A stretch of DNA of 64,000 nucleotides from the human T2T-CHM13v2.0 reference genome, Homo sapiens: NCBI RefSeq assembly GCF_009914755.1, contig NC_060938.1; one strand, written 5' to 3'. Position 1 is the first letter of the stretch. Each line of letters starts with the position of its first letter. The notes under the pieces were generated by a model that ran no database searches, was not told where the DNA came from, and was given only the letters and a program-made list of their open reading frames with translations. A program made the position numbers and the translations under genes. This document shows positions 1 to 12,830 of the stretch, piece after piece.

Positions 1-130
1 GGTAACCTTTTAAATAAGTAAATTACACCAAGTTAAATTATGGTACTTCCTTGCTTAAGGTTGCTAACTACTTATAATGATCATCAATGAGGGATTTTTA
101 CAACTCAGTCTAAATGTCCCCTTATATCTT

Positions 131-477
131 CTCTACACTGAATTCAGCCCCCACCCAAATTTATATGTTGAAGCCATAACCCCCAGTGTGATGGGATTAG
201 GAGATAGGACATTTGCAATTAATTAAGTTTAAATGAGATCCTGAGGGTAAGGCTAACATGATGGGATTAGTGCCTCTATAATAAGAGGTACCTGGGAGTT
301 TTTTTTTTTTTTTTCTTTTTCTCCACAATGTAGTACACAGCAAGAAGGCAGCCATCTGCAAGCCAGAAAGGGAGTCCACATCAGGAACCTAACTGGCCTG
401 CACCTTAACTTGAATTTCCCAGCCATGAGAACTGTGAGACATAATTGTATTTTGTTATGGCAATCTGAGCTAAGATA
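131..477 (+). mobile_element. MLT1A-type MaLR solo LTR
   Basis: Matches the MLT1A pattern: '...caaatttatatgttgaagccataacccccagtgtgatgggattagg...gatgggattagtgcc...agcaagaaggcagccatctgcaagccag...gaactgtgag...ttttgttatggca...gagctaagata'. Confidence 0.85.
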
Positions 478-618
478 GTATATGTTATGTCTATCTATAT
501 CTATATTATCTATCCATTTTTGTTAAAAATCAAACATACATATGTGATACATGTAATAAGCATCTATTTCCAGTAGTAGATTCTAACACTCTAAGTTTCA
601 TGAGGATTGGAACTATAA

Positions 619-995
<377 letters not shown>

Positions 996-1148
996 TGAAT
1001 GATAGGCACTAAGTTGGTTTCAAAAGTTAATGACAGACACAGTCCTAGTTGTCATATTGATCATCATATTGTTAACAGCCCAGTCTTGAGAATGCACATC
1101 AAACAGATAAATGCATGATTATAATAAAAAATGTTAGGAAGAATAAAG

Positions 1149-1149
<1 letters not shown>

Positions 1150-1180
<31 letters not shown>
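1150..1180. repeat. (TG)n microsatellite
   Basis: About 15 perfect TG units. Confidence 0.98.
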
Positions 1181-1183
<3 letters not shown>

Positions 1184-2699
1184 CACATATGAGTATATCC
1201 ACACAAATATGACCAGGAGGAGAAGAGAGAGGAAAGAAGGGGAGAATTCCATAAAAAAAAAATAACTAGTAGAAAGTCCAGAATCTTAACCAGGAAAGAG
1301 ATAAATATAGATGAAAGGAACATAGTAAGTTCTACTTCAAATGTCACAAGGGCACATGACTTGAGTCAATTTTTCATGAGCTGGGATTCCTAAGAATCCT
1401 CTACCAAGAGTCTGCTAGTAAATTTATTATGACAAAGGGGGTTGATTTTACAAGTACAGGAGTTGAGGGCATTGATCAGGAATATCTATTGACCATTGAT
1501 AAATAAAAGATTCATGATATTCTGGGGTAACAGTTGATTTTACTTAATTGATATACTGTATAATTAATATTGTCTTACATCCAGGGTGAATTTTTGTTAC
1601 TAAAATATATTTCCTCTATCTATTAACAAAGTTATACAAATTATGGAAGCCTTGTTGCCCAGTATATGAATTAGTAAATACAGTGATTCAAGTGATTCAG
1701 AAGTACTTAAATACCACTGGCGCACTCAGGCTATAAACAAGGAAGAAAAAATGCTTATCAAAGACTCTAAGATGAAGAGATGATTTATATTTTTTCTTTC
1801 ATTTCCTTTAACCAAAAATGTTATAAATCAAATTAGACTGTGTAGCCATTTTACAGAGTCAGAACACAATACATGTGGTGAGGAGAAAATATTACTTCTT
1901 TTAAGTTAAAGCATCACTCTAAGACTTAGAATCTTCATTACAAAAGCCATATTAATTAGTATAACTACTAAGTTTCTAAAATTATTATTCGATTGGATCC
2001 AGTGATTCTCTTCAAGAGACAGATTGAAAGAAAAACCCTCTTATGATGGGGATTCCCGGCTATCAACAACTTAATGCTTAATTAAACAGCTGAAGCAGAA
2101 AAAATAGAGTTTAAAGCCTGAGCAAGGTGATTGGTTACAGTCATCCATAAGGAAAGGAATCCAGGAAATTATACATAGAATTCTCAAAGCTCATTTAAAT
2201 ATTGCTTACAGACTAGAAATATCATTCCTTACAATACAGAAAAATATTCAAATCATCTCTAGATATATTACATTTTATATTTTTTCTGTGTGCATATTTA
2301 ATGGTGTGGGAAGAACATTCGTGTAGACAAAGGTTTAAGCAAAGGGAAGCAAAAACAAGCTGAAGACTTCATATTCTCAATCATATTTAGCAAAAGTAGT
2401 ATCAAAGTTATAAACACTATAAATGTACATTGCAAGTTTTACTAAAATATGCAGGCTACTAGAAAACATAAATATATGTGTGTGTGTCTGTATTTACATG
2501 TATGCATTTATTTTTGTTTGTGTTCTACAAAATTTTCATAAAGAGTATTTGCAAAATTCTAGGAAAGCAGGCATGTTCTTGGATACAAGCATGCATTGAT
2601 AAATAAGGAACTGCATAAAATCTGAGCCAACTGCTTTTGATTGCTGGGAATTATAAAGGAATTTATAGGTCTATGAGGTCATATGAATGACTTTGAAGA

Positions 2700-2942
2700 C
2701 AACAATAATAGCAACAGTGAACACTCTCTGAGTAACAATTATGTTCAGTTCTTCTTTTAAATGTTTTATATTTAACCTTTAATACAAAGAAAGTGGTGCA
2801 ATATTGTCTCTATTTTATAATTGAAGAAATGAAAACAGAGATGTTAAAAACCTTGTATAGAGTCTCATAGCTATCAAGTGATGAGACTGGGATCAAAAAT
2901 GGCATTCTGGCTCTAGCATATGTGTTCCTTAACCACAGTGCT
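2700..2942 (-). mobile_element. MIR SINE
   Basis: 'attttataattgaagaaatgaaaacagag...ctcatagcta...tctggctctag...cttaaccac' is the antisense MIR core and 5' end. Confidence 0.75.
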
Positions 2943-3214
2943 CATGTAAAAATGGGGTCAGGAGATAAATGGGTGTAGAGGAGCATTTTAAAAAATGAGA
3001 TAATGTGTAAAAACATAGCATAGTGCCTAATATATGATATTTAGGAGCAAATTCAACCTGGATTGCATTTTATCATGCTGTATTATGGTGATAACAGTCC
3101 AGCAAATAGTAAATATAGCCCCTAGAATGTTCTCTTAAATATAGTGAGTACAAAAAGACAATATATTCAACAATTAGCTAAAATCTTGTTCTAAGGACAT
3201 AAGATATATTAAGC

Positions 3215-3400
3215 TGTTTAGCTCTCACAACAATCTTATGAGGTAGGTAATGTTTTTATTCCATTTAATGGAGGGAAAATTAAGGCATACAAATGCTAAG
3301 AAATTTGACTCATGTCATGTTATTATTATGTTTTTTTTTAAACTGGGCTTTAAATTAAGGTGTCCTGGCTCTAGAGTCTGTGCTCTTAACATATACTGTA
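3215..3400 (-). mobile_element. MIR SINE
   Basis: 'ctcacaacaatcttatgaggtagg...gagggaaaattaaggcata...ctggctctagagtctgtgctcttaac'. Confidence 0.8.
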
Positions 3401-3917
3401 CTGTCTGGGGCAGTCTAAGTTTACAGCCCGTATTCACTAACAGTTTATTTGTTTTCTTAATCAAAGTGAACCAAAAGTCCTTGTAAGCTCACAGACTTAT
3501 GACTGGCATCAATCAGAAGCTATGGGCCCAGATTTCAAATTGTGACCTACTTATCACCATGAATTTATCCCCAAGAACCTGCCTGATTTCCTAGGAGTTT
3601 GTAAAAATGCATTAGCTCTTTCAGAAGCTCTTCTGCCTCCATTCATAGTTTGCTGCAACCTTCTGCTAAGGCAAATTGTTTTCAGAAGTATTTATCTATG
3701 AGTTCAATCACTCCTGAATACAAGGCAAAACAACAGAATGTATTAGACACACAAATTCTCAGAAGATAGATCCATTCTCATGCAAAGTTCGCATAGTCCC
3801 TTATTTCTTCATTCAGTGTGATTTTGGAAAGCAAAGTATCCATGAATCCTTTGTCTGCTGATGTATGCTTTCTAAAAATACTATTGTTAATTTATAATTT
3901 AGTTTAATATTTGTATG

Positions 3918-4625
3918 TGATACGGTTTGGCTCTGTGTGCCTAATAAAATCTCATGTCCAGTTGTAATCCCCACATGTTAGAGGAGGAGCCTGGTGGGAG
4001 GTGATTGAATCATGGGGGTGGACTTCCCCTTTGCTCTTGTGATAGTAAGTGCTCACAAGATCTAGTTGTTTGATAAGTGTGTGGAACTTCCCCCCTTGCT
4101 CTCTCTCTCCTGCTTCTCTTTCAACTTCTATCATGATTGTAAGTTTCCTGAGGTCTCCTAGCCATGCTTTCTGTACAGTCTATGGAACTGTGAGTCAGTT
4201 AAACTTATTTTTTCATAAATTACTCAGTCTCAGTTCTTTATAGCACTGTGATAACAAACTAATACAGAAAATTGGTGCCAGGACAGTGGGCACTGCTATA
4301 AAGGTACCTGAAAATGTGGAAGTGACTTTGGAACTGGATAACAGGCAGAGGTTGCAACAGTTTGGAGGGCTCAGGAGAAAACAGAAAGACGTGGGAAAAT
4401 TTGGACTTCCCAGAGACTTGTTGAATGGTTTTGACCAAAATGTTGCTAGTGATATGGAAAATGAAGTCCAGGCTGTGGTGGGTCTCAGACGGAGATGAGG
4501 AATTTATTGGAAACTGGAGTAAATGTCACTTTTGCTATGCTTTAGCAAAGAGAGTGGCAGCATTGTGCCCCTGCCCTAGGGATCTGTGGAACTTTGAACT
4601 TGAGAGAGATGATTTAGGGTATCTG

Positions 4626-4659
<34 letters not shown>

Positions 4660-6230
4660 CTAAGAAGCAAAGCACTCAAAATGTGGATGGGTTGCTCCTA
4701 ACAGCATACAGTCATATGTGTCCACAAAGAGATGGTTGGGAATTGGAACTTATGCTTAAAAGGGAAGCAGAGCATAAAAGTTTGGAAAATTCACAGCCTG
4801 ACTATGTGTAGAAAAAAAATATCACTTTTCTGGGGAGAAATTCAAGCTGACTGCAGAAATTTGCATGAGTCAAATGGTAATAGCCAAGACAATGGGAAAA
4901 TGTCTCCAGGGAATGTCAGAGACCTTTGCAGAAGCCCACCTATCACCGGTCTGGATCCCTAGGAGGGAAAAATGGTTTCATGGTCCAGGCCCAGGGCACA
5001 GCTGCTCTGTGCAGCCCTGGGACAAGGCACCCTGTGTCCCAGCCATTCCAGCTCCACTGTGGCTAAAAGAGGTCAAGGTACAGCTCAGGCCATTGATTCA
5101 GAGGGTGAAAGCCTCAAGCCATGGTGGCTTCCATGGTGGCCTGTGGGTCACAGAAGGCAAGAGTGGAAGTTTGAGAACCTCCACCTAGAATTCAGAGGAT
5201 GCATGGAAATACCTGGATGTTCAGGCAGAAGTCTGCTACAGGAGTGGAATCCTCATGAAAAACCAAGGACCATGTGAAGGATAAATGTGGAGTTGGAGCA
5301 CCCATACAGAGTCCCCATTGGGGAACTGCCTAGTGGAGTTATAAGAAGAGGGTCACCATCCTCTAGACCCCGGAATGCAGACACTCAATGACAGCCAGTG
5401 AAAGCAGCTAGGAGTGGGGCTGGACCCTGCAAAGACACAGGGGAAGAGCTGCCCAATGTCATGGGAGCCACCTCTTGCATCAGCATGACCTGGATGTGAG
5501 ACATGGAATCCAACAAGATTATTTAGGAGCTTTAAGATTTAATGACTTCCTCACAGGATTTTGGACTTGCATGAGGCCTGTAGACCCTTTGTTTTGGCCA
5601 ATTTATCCTATTTGAAATAGGAACATTTATTCAATGTCTGTACTCCCATTGTGTCTTGAAAGTAGCTAACTTGCTTTTGATTTTAGAGGCTCATAGGCAG
5701 AGGGGGCTTGCCTTGTCTCAAATGAAATTATGGACTTGGACTTTTGAATTAATGCTGAAATGAGTTAAGACTTTGGGGAGCTGTTGGGAAGGCATGATTA
5801 ATTTTGTAATGTGAGGACATGAGATCTGGGAGGGACTGAGGTGAAATGATATGGTTAGGCTTTGTGTCCCTACCCAAATCTCATGTGGAATTGTAATCCC
5901 CACATGTTGGAGAAGGAGCCTGGTGGGAAGTGACTGAATCTTGGGGGCAGACTTCTCCCTTTCTGTTCTTGTGATAGTGAGTGAGTTCTCATGAGATCTG
6001 GTTGTTTGAAAGTGTGTGGCACTTCCTCCTTCATTCTCTGTCTCTCCTGCTCTGCCATTGTGAGATGTGCTTGCTTCTCCTTCTCCTTCTGCCATGATTG
6101 TGTTTCCTGATGCCTCCTATCCATGTTTCCTATACAGCCTATGGAACTGTGAGTCAATTAAACCTCTTTTTTTCATAAATTACCCAGTCTCAGGTAATTC
6201 TTTATAGCTGTGCAAGAATGGACTAATACA
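3918..6230 (+). mobile_element. Full-length THE1D MaLR provirus (5' LTR 3918-4266, internal 4267-5846, 3' LTR 5847-6230)
   Basis: Two LTRs tgata...aataca matching THE1D; MaLR internal ORF remnants (GNWSKCHFCYALAKRVAALCPCPRDLWNFELERDDLGYLA); 5-bp TSD gtatg/gtgtg. Confidence 0.95.
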
Positions 6231-6259
6231 GTGTGATATATTGTTCACTATTAATATAG

Positions 6260-6725
6260 AACCATTTTTCCCCATCTATTCACATCCCTCTCTTGGAGGG
6301 GGACACAGTTCTGAAAACCTCAACACTACATTTCCCCAAATCCTTGGCAGCTAGGTTCAGGGTTAGATTCTGTCAATGAGAGTTACTTTCAAGTGATGGG
6401 TCAGAAGAGACGCAGAAGCCATCATTGCTCCCAAGGCAGATGTAGGCTGGCTGATGAGCTTAGACCAAAACAGAGGGTTGGCTAGGGGATTCCAGGTGTC
6501 CTCCTGCAGAGCAACTGGTTCTGCTCTTGCAGGCATTTGAGATCAAAACCACTAACTTCATTTGATTCCTGAAACTCTTTGGCATCTTGAAGACCATTGG
6601 AAGCTTTCTTGACCTTTGATCCTCTAGCCTTCAACAAGCCTCAATCCTCTTATATTCGTTTTTAAATCATTCTCTTAAAATACTTAGGATGGTTTTCATT
6701 TTCCTGATTAAACCCTGACTTAAAA
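6260..6725 (+). mobile_element. LTR33/LTR16-like ERVL solo LTR
   Basis: 'actacatttccccaaatccttggcagctagg' and 3' end 'ggttttcattttcctgattaaaccctgact'. Confidence 0.65.
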
Positions 6726-6922
6726 ATGCATTTATTCATTCTAAGAAGACTAGCATTACTATTACCTCATGTTTGTTTTTTACATATCAGCATACAAAGT
6801 ACTGTCATACAATTTTTTTCCTAATTTATCCTGTAATATATATATGAAGTGGATAGAGTAATCATTATGTCCAATTTATAAATAATTTACCTGACCCCCA
6901 ATTTCCCTGTGGTTTTTGTAAA

Positions 6923-7354
6923 TATTAAAAGAAAAATATTAGATAAAATGAAGAGAGTTTAATTAAGAAAGAAAACAAACAAAACACAACTACTTACAAA
7001 TTGGGTAGCCCCTGGAATAACAGCAGATTAAGAGAGACTCCAGGGATGCTTCATGGTTGTAGAAAATTTAAGGACAGAAAAAGAAAGTGATTACAGAAAA
7101 ACGGAAGTGAGGTACAGAAATGGCTGGTCTGGACACAGCTTGACATTTCCCTTCTTTGAACATGGTTTGAACAGTTGGCTGCCTGTGAGTAGTTGAAGTA
7201 TGGCTGCTGGAATTGGCTGAGACTCAGCTATTATTGCAGAAGCATACTCCTAAAGTAGGTTTTCAGTTTACTAAGTTAGGTTACAGTTCATTTGTAAGGA
7301 TTCACAGATGGAAGTACAGAGTCTTTCTCAGGCACAATTTAGTTTGATTTAATA
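6923..7354 (-). mobile_element. MER57/MER93-family ERV1 solo LTR
   Basis: 'acggaagtgaggtacagaaa', 'tttgaacatggtttgaacagttggctg', 'aagttaggttacagttca', terminal 'tttagtttgatttaata'; 4-bp TSD-like taaa/taag. Confidence 0.8.
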
Positions 7355-8478
7355 TAAGGAATGACTTCAAGCAAGCTGGTAACATAATCAGTATGAGAAC
7401 CACAGTCAGAATGTTCCGCATTAAGAAGAAAACAAATTATAAGGTGTAATTTTTTAAAAAAGAAATAAAAAAATGAAGCACTGGGAGCCAGTGAAATTTG
7501 GGGATCTTTTAAAAAACTAATATAAACTCTAAGGCCATTTCTTAGCCCCACACTGAATCTGTCCAGAAAGATTTGTAGTGTGAGTTACACCTGCTTTAAT
7601 TAAACACAAAAAAGCCAGGCTACTACCTTAACATTTTATTTTTAATTTCATATATTAATATTTATGCTAATGTGATGCAATTTCCCTTTGAAAACAAAAA
7701 TTAAAAAAGAATTGAATATGAAGTCAGCAGTAGCATTTCTTAAATATGGCATCTTTGAAAAAAAGTTTCTCCTTTTAAAAATATTGTTTGATTGCTTTCC
7801 TCTTCCCACTGTTTTAAATAGAAAAAAACAATGAAATTGAAAGCTTAAAAAATGACTTTTAATTAGCAAACATTTCTTGTTATTGTATTTAGCATTTCCA
7901 TTAGAAGAGTAAGTCCCTGTGGAAATATTTTAATGCATATTTGTTTTTCCTTTAAAATGTATTTGACTATTATAGGAAATGATTTTTTAATAATAGCATT
8001 GCTTTTAAAATTATACTGCATATCAAATTAGAGACTTCACATCATACTTGTTGTATTTTGTTAGCATGAAAAAGCCTTATAAAATAGATTATCAATTATA
8101 TATTAAATTTTCTGCATTTATCAATGAAGAGAACTGGTAATTTTCTTCTGCCTGTAAGTTCATCATTTTATCAGTTGTATGTTCTTCCTTTGTATATCCA
8201 TTTATTTTTTCTATTATTGATATATTCATTTAAAATAATTCAGATAAGCTTTCCCTGTATATACCTTTAGAAGCAGTGGGAAGGAAAACATATTTTCCTC
8301 CTTATTTTTATTGATTTGTGTATAATATAGGTTATAATTTCATTAATAGGTGGTTTTAGTTCTTTTAGTTCTAAAAGCTGAAAACTACTAAGTCTGTCAT
8401 CACATTGCATTCTTCTGTGTCTTTTTGTGTGTCTCTGTGTGTCTTCTCCTCTAAAGCTACTTTTAAAAGTATAGTAAG

Positions 8479-8563
8479 AACCGGGAGGCAGAGGTTGCAG
8501 TGAGCTGAGATCACGCCACTGCACTCCAGCCTGGCAGCAGAGTGAGATTCCATCTCAAAAAAA
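8479..8563 (+). mobile_element. 5'-truncated Alu (3' end of right monomer)
   Basis: 'gaaccgggaggcagaggttgcagtgagc...ccatctcaaaaaa'; degraded TSD aaaagtatagt/aaaggtatggt. Confidence 0.9.
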
Positions 8564-8914
8564 GGTATGGTCGAAAGAGTCACTGAGTCAGTAAATATTT
8601 AGAACATTGAATATTTTCATAGAAGTGACATCACAGTGACCATTATCAACCCTGCAGTTTTCACAAAGTAGGTCTGTGCTGCTGTCTTTGACTAACACCT
8701 TTAATCCAGCTCCTGGAATCATAGCCTCATTAACTATTAATTGAAAAAGTCCAAAAGTGGGAGTATATTTGGTAAATACTGCAACTTTACATAAGGGCTC
8801 AAATAGGCTTGGAAAACTCCATGACATTGTTATTTAGAAGACATTGACCAGACTATTAGCAATTACAATAAAAGTAAAACCACCACTCCCTCTGCAACCT
8901 CCAAAAACCAGCAA

Positions 8915-9150
8915 AAAAATACTTATCAAGTGCTTCTTAACTTCAGCCTCTGACCAAATGCTTTACATAAATTTACATCAATCTTTTGTGTTTTTTACAA
9001 CACTATAAGGTAGATGTTCTTATCATCCATACTTTACAGAGAAGAAAGTTGAGACATTGGAACATTAGGAAATTTTCTCTGAGTCCTTCAGCTGTAAGTA
9101 GTAGAAGGAGGGTTTGGATCTAAGTGCCTGATTTTGCACTTACCTGCTCT
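8915..9150 (-). mobile_element. MIR SINE
   Basis: 'acaacactataaggtag...tttacagagaagaaagttgagac...cagctgtaagt'. Confidence 0.7.
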
Positions 9151-9464
9151 GGTATCTTGTCTGCAATTTGAGATGGTTTTAATGATTAGCTGTGTGGTTA
9201 TTGTTGCTATTATAGATGATTGCCAATTCCCTGAGTTGACTCATTCATTAAAATTATCCCCTGTTTTTCAAACGGACCAAGGTGGAGAGATCAATAAATC
9301 TATCTACTGTCTTTTATTCTAACACTTGAGGTATCTAGCTCTCTCTGCTGACAGTAAAGCCCAGTGTATACAGGGCATCAGAAGATGGAACATACAAATT
9401 TTCACATCTCATGAGTCCATCAATAAAGTCGTACAAATGAGTAGAAGAGGAATGATAAAATGAA

Positions 9465-9930
9465 TACATGAGTTTCCTAGGATTGCAATATCAAATTACC
9501 ACAAACTTGGTGGCTTAAAATAGAAATTTATTCTATCATAGTTCTGGAGGCCAGAAGTCAATCAAAGGTGTCAGTAGAGTGGGTTCCCTCTGGCTGCTGA
9601 GGTGTGATCTGCTCTATGTCTCTCTCCTAGCTTCTGGCGGCTGCCAACAATCTCTAGTGTCCCATGGCTTATAGTTGTATCACCCCAATTTCTGCCACCA
9701 TTGTCGCATGGCCTTCTTCTCTGTGTCTTTCTGTGTGTCTTTCTGTATTTTCTCCTTTTTCTGTATCTTATAACTACAATTGTCATTGGATTTGGGGCCA
9801 GTACTAATCCAGGACAATCTCATCTGAAGAACTTTAATTATATCTGCAAAGATAATTATTTCAAATAAGCTCACATGCTGTGGTTCTGGATGGACATATC
9901 TTTTGGGTAGCCACTATTCAACACACTATA
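9465..9930 (-). mobile_element. MLT1C/MLT1B MaLR solo LTR
   Basis: 'gtttcctagg...aaattaccacaaacttggtggcttaaaa...ttctggaggccagaagtc...taatccaggacaatctcatc...ccactattcaacacacta'. Confidence 0.88.
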
Positions 9931-10504
9931 ATGAATATATAATTACATAATTTATTATATTCATTGACTCAATCAAAATCAGCAGAAGAAGCAACAGGCC
10001 AACCATAATCATAAGCTCTCTTGAGTATACCTGCTCAAATTAATTTATTTTTTATAATGATTTTATAATGTATTTTATAATTTATTTTTTATAATGACAT
10101 CATTTCCCTTCATTGTTTCACGCTCTTTGAAAGCATAAAGCTTTCCCAAATTTCTTTTAACCTCCTTCCCTCTCCCAAATGAAGCTACATAAACAAGTGA
10201 TCCCTGGCTTTAACTCAAGTGACTATATTATTTGAATTATTTTACCATTGGAAGGATACCTTATTGCTGTAACTACTGAGAGTGCAATATGTGCAGTTAA
10301 GTGTGAGTTGTCTCCTCTGTTCCATTTCTTCCAGTGCCAACTGGATTTTGCCTCCTTCTATTTTTATGATCAAGGAATGTTAACAGTCTTCCCATAGACC
10401 CCATCTATAAACTTGTCTCTCCCTAAGCTCTTGGTAACCTGTAGCCATGCCTTTCTTTTCACTGACTTTACATACTTTTTCTTTTAGCTTTGATAATTTG
10501 CTTT

Positions 10505-10997
10505 CTCTTTCCTTCCTTCCTCCCTCCCTCTCTCTCTTTTTCTCTCTTCTTTTCTTTCTCTTTCTTTCTGTCTTTCTTTCTTTCTTTCTTTTTCTCTTTC
10601 TTTCTTTCTTTCTCTCTCTCTCTCTCTCTCTTTCTTTCTTTCCCTTCCTTCTTTCCTTCCTTCCTCTCTTTCTTTTTTTTTTTTGAAATGGAGCCTCACT
10701 CTGTCACCGAGGCTGGAGTCTGCACTGTCTGCCACTGGAGTCTGCCACTACAGTGGCATGATCTTGGTTCACTACAACCTCTGCCTCCCAGGTTCAAGCC
10801 ATTCTCCTGCCTCAGCCTCCCAAGTAGCTGGGATTACAGGCATGGGTCACCACACCCAGCTAATTTTTTGTCTTTTTAGTAGAGACGGGGTTTCACCATG
10901 TTGGCCAGGCTGGTCTCGAACTCCTAATCTCATGTGATCCACCCGCCTCGGCCTCCCAAATTGCAGGGATTACAGGCGTGAGTCACCGCAGTTGGCC
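10505..10997 (-). mobile_element. AluS with a ~180-bp CT-rich expanded tail
   Basis: Alu body 10685-10997; (TTTC/CT/CCTT)n 10505-10684; TSD gataatttgcttt/gataatctgcttt brackets both. Confidence 0.95.
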
Positions 10998-11566
10998 AGA
11001 TAATCTGCTTTTCCTAAAACAATAGATTCTCTTTCAGTCAACTGTGAGAAACCATTCTCAGCACAGAGATAGATAAAACAGCACAAATACTGCCTTGTGT
11101 TTAAAAATGTTTTTTGAACTTTTAAAGTGTTTTTCTGTCCCCTGACAAAAATAGTATTCATACATTAAAATAATACCTGAGTTCTCTTGGTCTATCTATA
11201 AATATCAAATGTAAGTGTGCAAACAAACACCAGCTGTGGTTTTACATTGCAGTCCTTGTGAACTTTATAGGTTTTGATGAGAATTGAAAGTTTATTGTAT
11301 TTAGTGTTTTTTTTTAAATTTGAGATCTATTTAGAATGCTGACTTTAAATGTGTTGCTGATTTTTTTAATGTAATAATTATTATTTAAAAACTCCAACTA
11401 GAAAATAAGTGATATGATAATTTGTTGATTTTTCACTTGACATAAAATAGTTCTATCAAGCTACAAACTGTAGAAACATTTAAAAAGTATTAATAAACAA
11501 CAAATTGTATATGAATTAGACTAATTTATGATATTGAAAAAAATTAAGAATTTTACTTAACATCAC

Positions 11567-11844
11567 TTTTTTTTGTTTGTTTGTTTGAGACAGAGTCTCG
11601 CTCTGTTGCCTAGGCTGGAGTGCAGTGGCATTATCTCAGCTCACTGCAGCCTCTGCCTCCTGGGTTCAATGATTCTTGTGCCTTAGCCTCCCGAGTAGCT
11701 GGGACTACAGGCATGTGCCATCATGCCAGGCTAATTTTTGTATTTTTAGGAGGGATGGGGTTTTGCCATGTTGGCCAGGCTGGTCTCAAACCCCTGACCT
11801 CAGGTAATACACCACCTCGGCCTCTGAAATTGCTAGGATTACAG
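11567..11844 (-). mobile_element. Alu (older S/J), slightly 5'-truncated
   Basis: Antisense Alu with (TTTG)n tail, ending at 'ggattacag'. Confidence 0.93.
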
Positions 11845-11849
11845 AAATT

Positions 11850-12450
11850 ATCTTCTTATAGTATATTTTACATACCATAAAATGCACCTGTGGACAAATC
11901 TGGGCACATGTGTTAACTATCACCATAATAAAGACTATCTCCATGGTCTGAAAGAGATTCCTTATGCCTCTTTGCAGTCTGGAAGCCCAGTTCCTGCCCC
12001 AGAAAATTGATGATCTGCTTTTTGCCACTAAAGACTAGTATTGCCTATTCTAGATTTTTATATAAATGGAATCATACAGTAAGTGGTCTTTTTGTCTGAA
12101 TTTTATTCAGCACAATGTTTCTGAGACACATCTGTGTTGTTCCATCTGTCAGTACTTGCTCCTCTGTGTCACCAAGTAATATTCTGCTGTGTAAATATAA
12201 CACATATTGTTTATTCATTTACCTGTTGATGTGTATTTGGGTTGTTTGAAGCTTGTCACTATTCTGAATAAACCTGTTGTGAATATTTGTGTGCAAGTTT
12301 TTTGAGACACATATTTTTAATTTCCTTAAGTGAATACATGAGGGTAAAAGTCATAGGTTACATGGTAACTGCATGTTGATAAGAAGCTGTCAAACTGATT
12401 TTCATTTACAATCCCACTAGCAATATATGAGTTTCAGTAGTTCCATATAT
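11850..12450 (-). mobile_element. Old L1M (L1MB/MC-type) 3' region
   Basis: 'tatataaatggaatcatacagta', 'gtttattcatttacctgttgatg...tttgggttgttt', 'tttacaatcccactagcaatatatgag'. Confidence 0.85.
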
Positions 12451-12830
12451 TTTTTAAAAAATTAGAAAAATTAAATTTATCAGAGTTTATTCAAGCAAAA
12501 AGATAATTCATGAATTGGGCAGCACCCTGAATCCATAAAAATTCAGAATGCTTCACTCAGCAACATGATCAGGCAGTATTTATTGAAAGGAAAAGGAAGT
12601 GACATATGGAAATATTCTCATTGGTTATAGCTTGACATTTGCCTTATTTGAACATATCTGAGCATTTTGCAGCTTGTAACTGGCTGAAAGCTTGGCTGTT
12701 ATAATTGGTTGAGCCCAGTTTACTTGTAACAGTAATATGCTGTCAAGTTATGTTGCAGTTTGTTTACTTATTAAGTTACATAATGCTACATATGAAAGCA
12801 GCTTTAGGCCAAATTTAAAGTAATTTAACA
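12450..12830 (-). mobile_element. MER57-family ERV1 3' LTR
   Basis: 'tttgccttatttgaaca', 'gcagctttaggccaaatttaa...tttaaca', directly followed by the antisense polypurine tract 'attcctctcttttggtcag'. Confidence 0.82.

Noticed and set aside
4286-5277. Cluster of 70-128 aa ORFs
   Set aside because: Frameshifted remnants of the MaLR internal ORF, not a gene
10447-10937. Overlapping hydrophobic and charged ORFs
   Set aside because: Translations of the CT-rich Alu tail and antisense Alu
6923-12830. Two MER57-like LTRs in the same orientation as one provirus
   Set aside because: Their termini differ, the left one has its own TSD, the DNA between is host sequence, and the internal region attaches to the right of the second LTR
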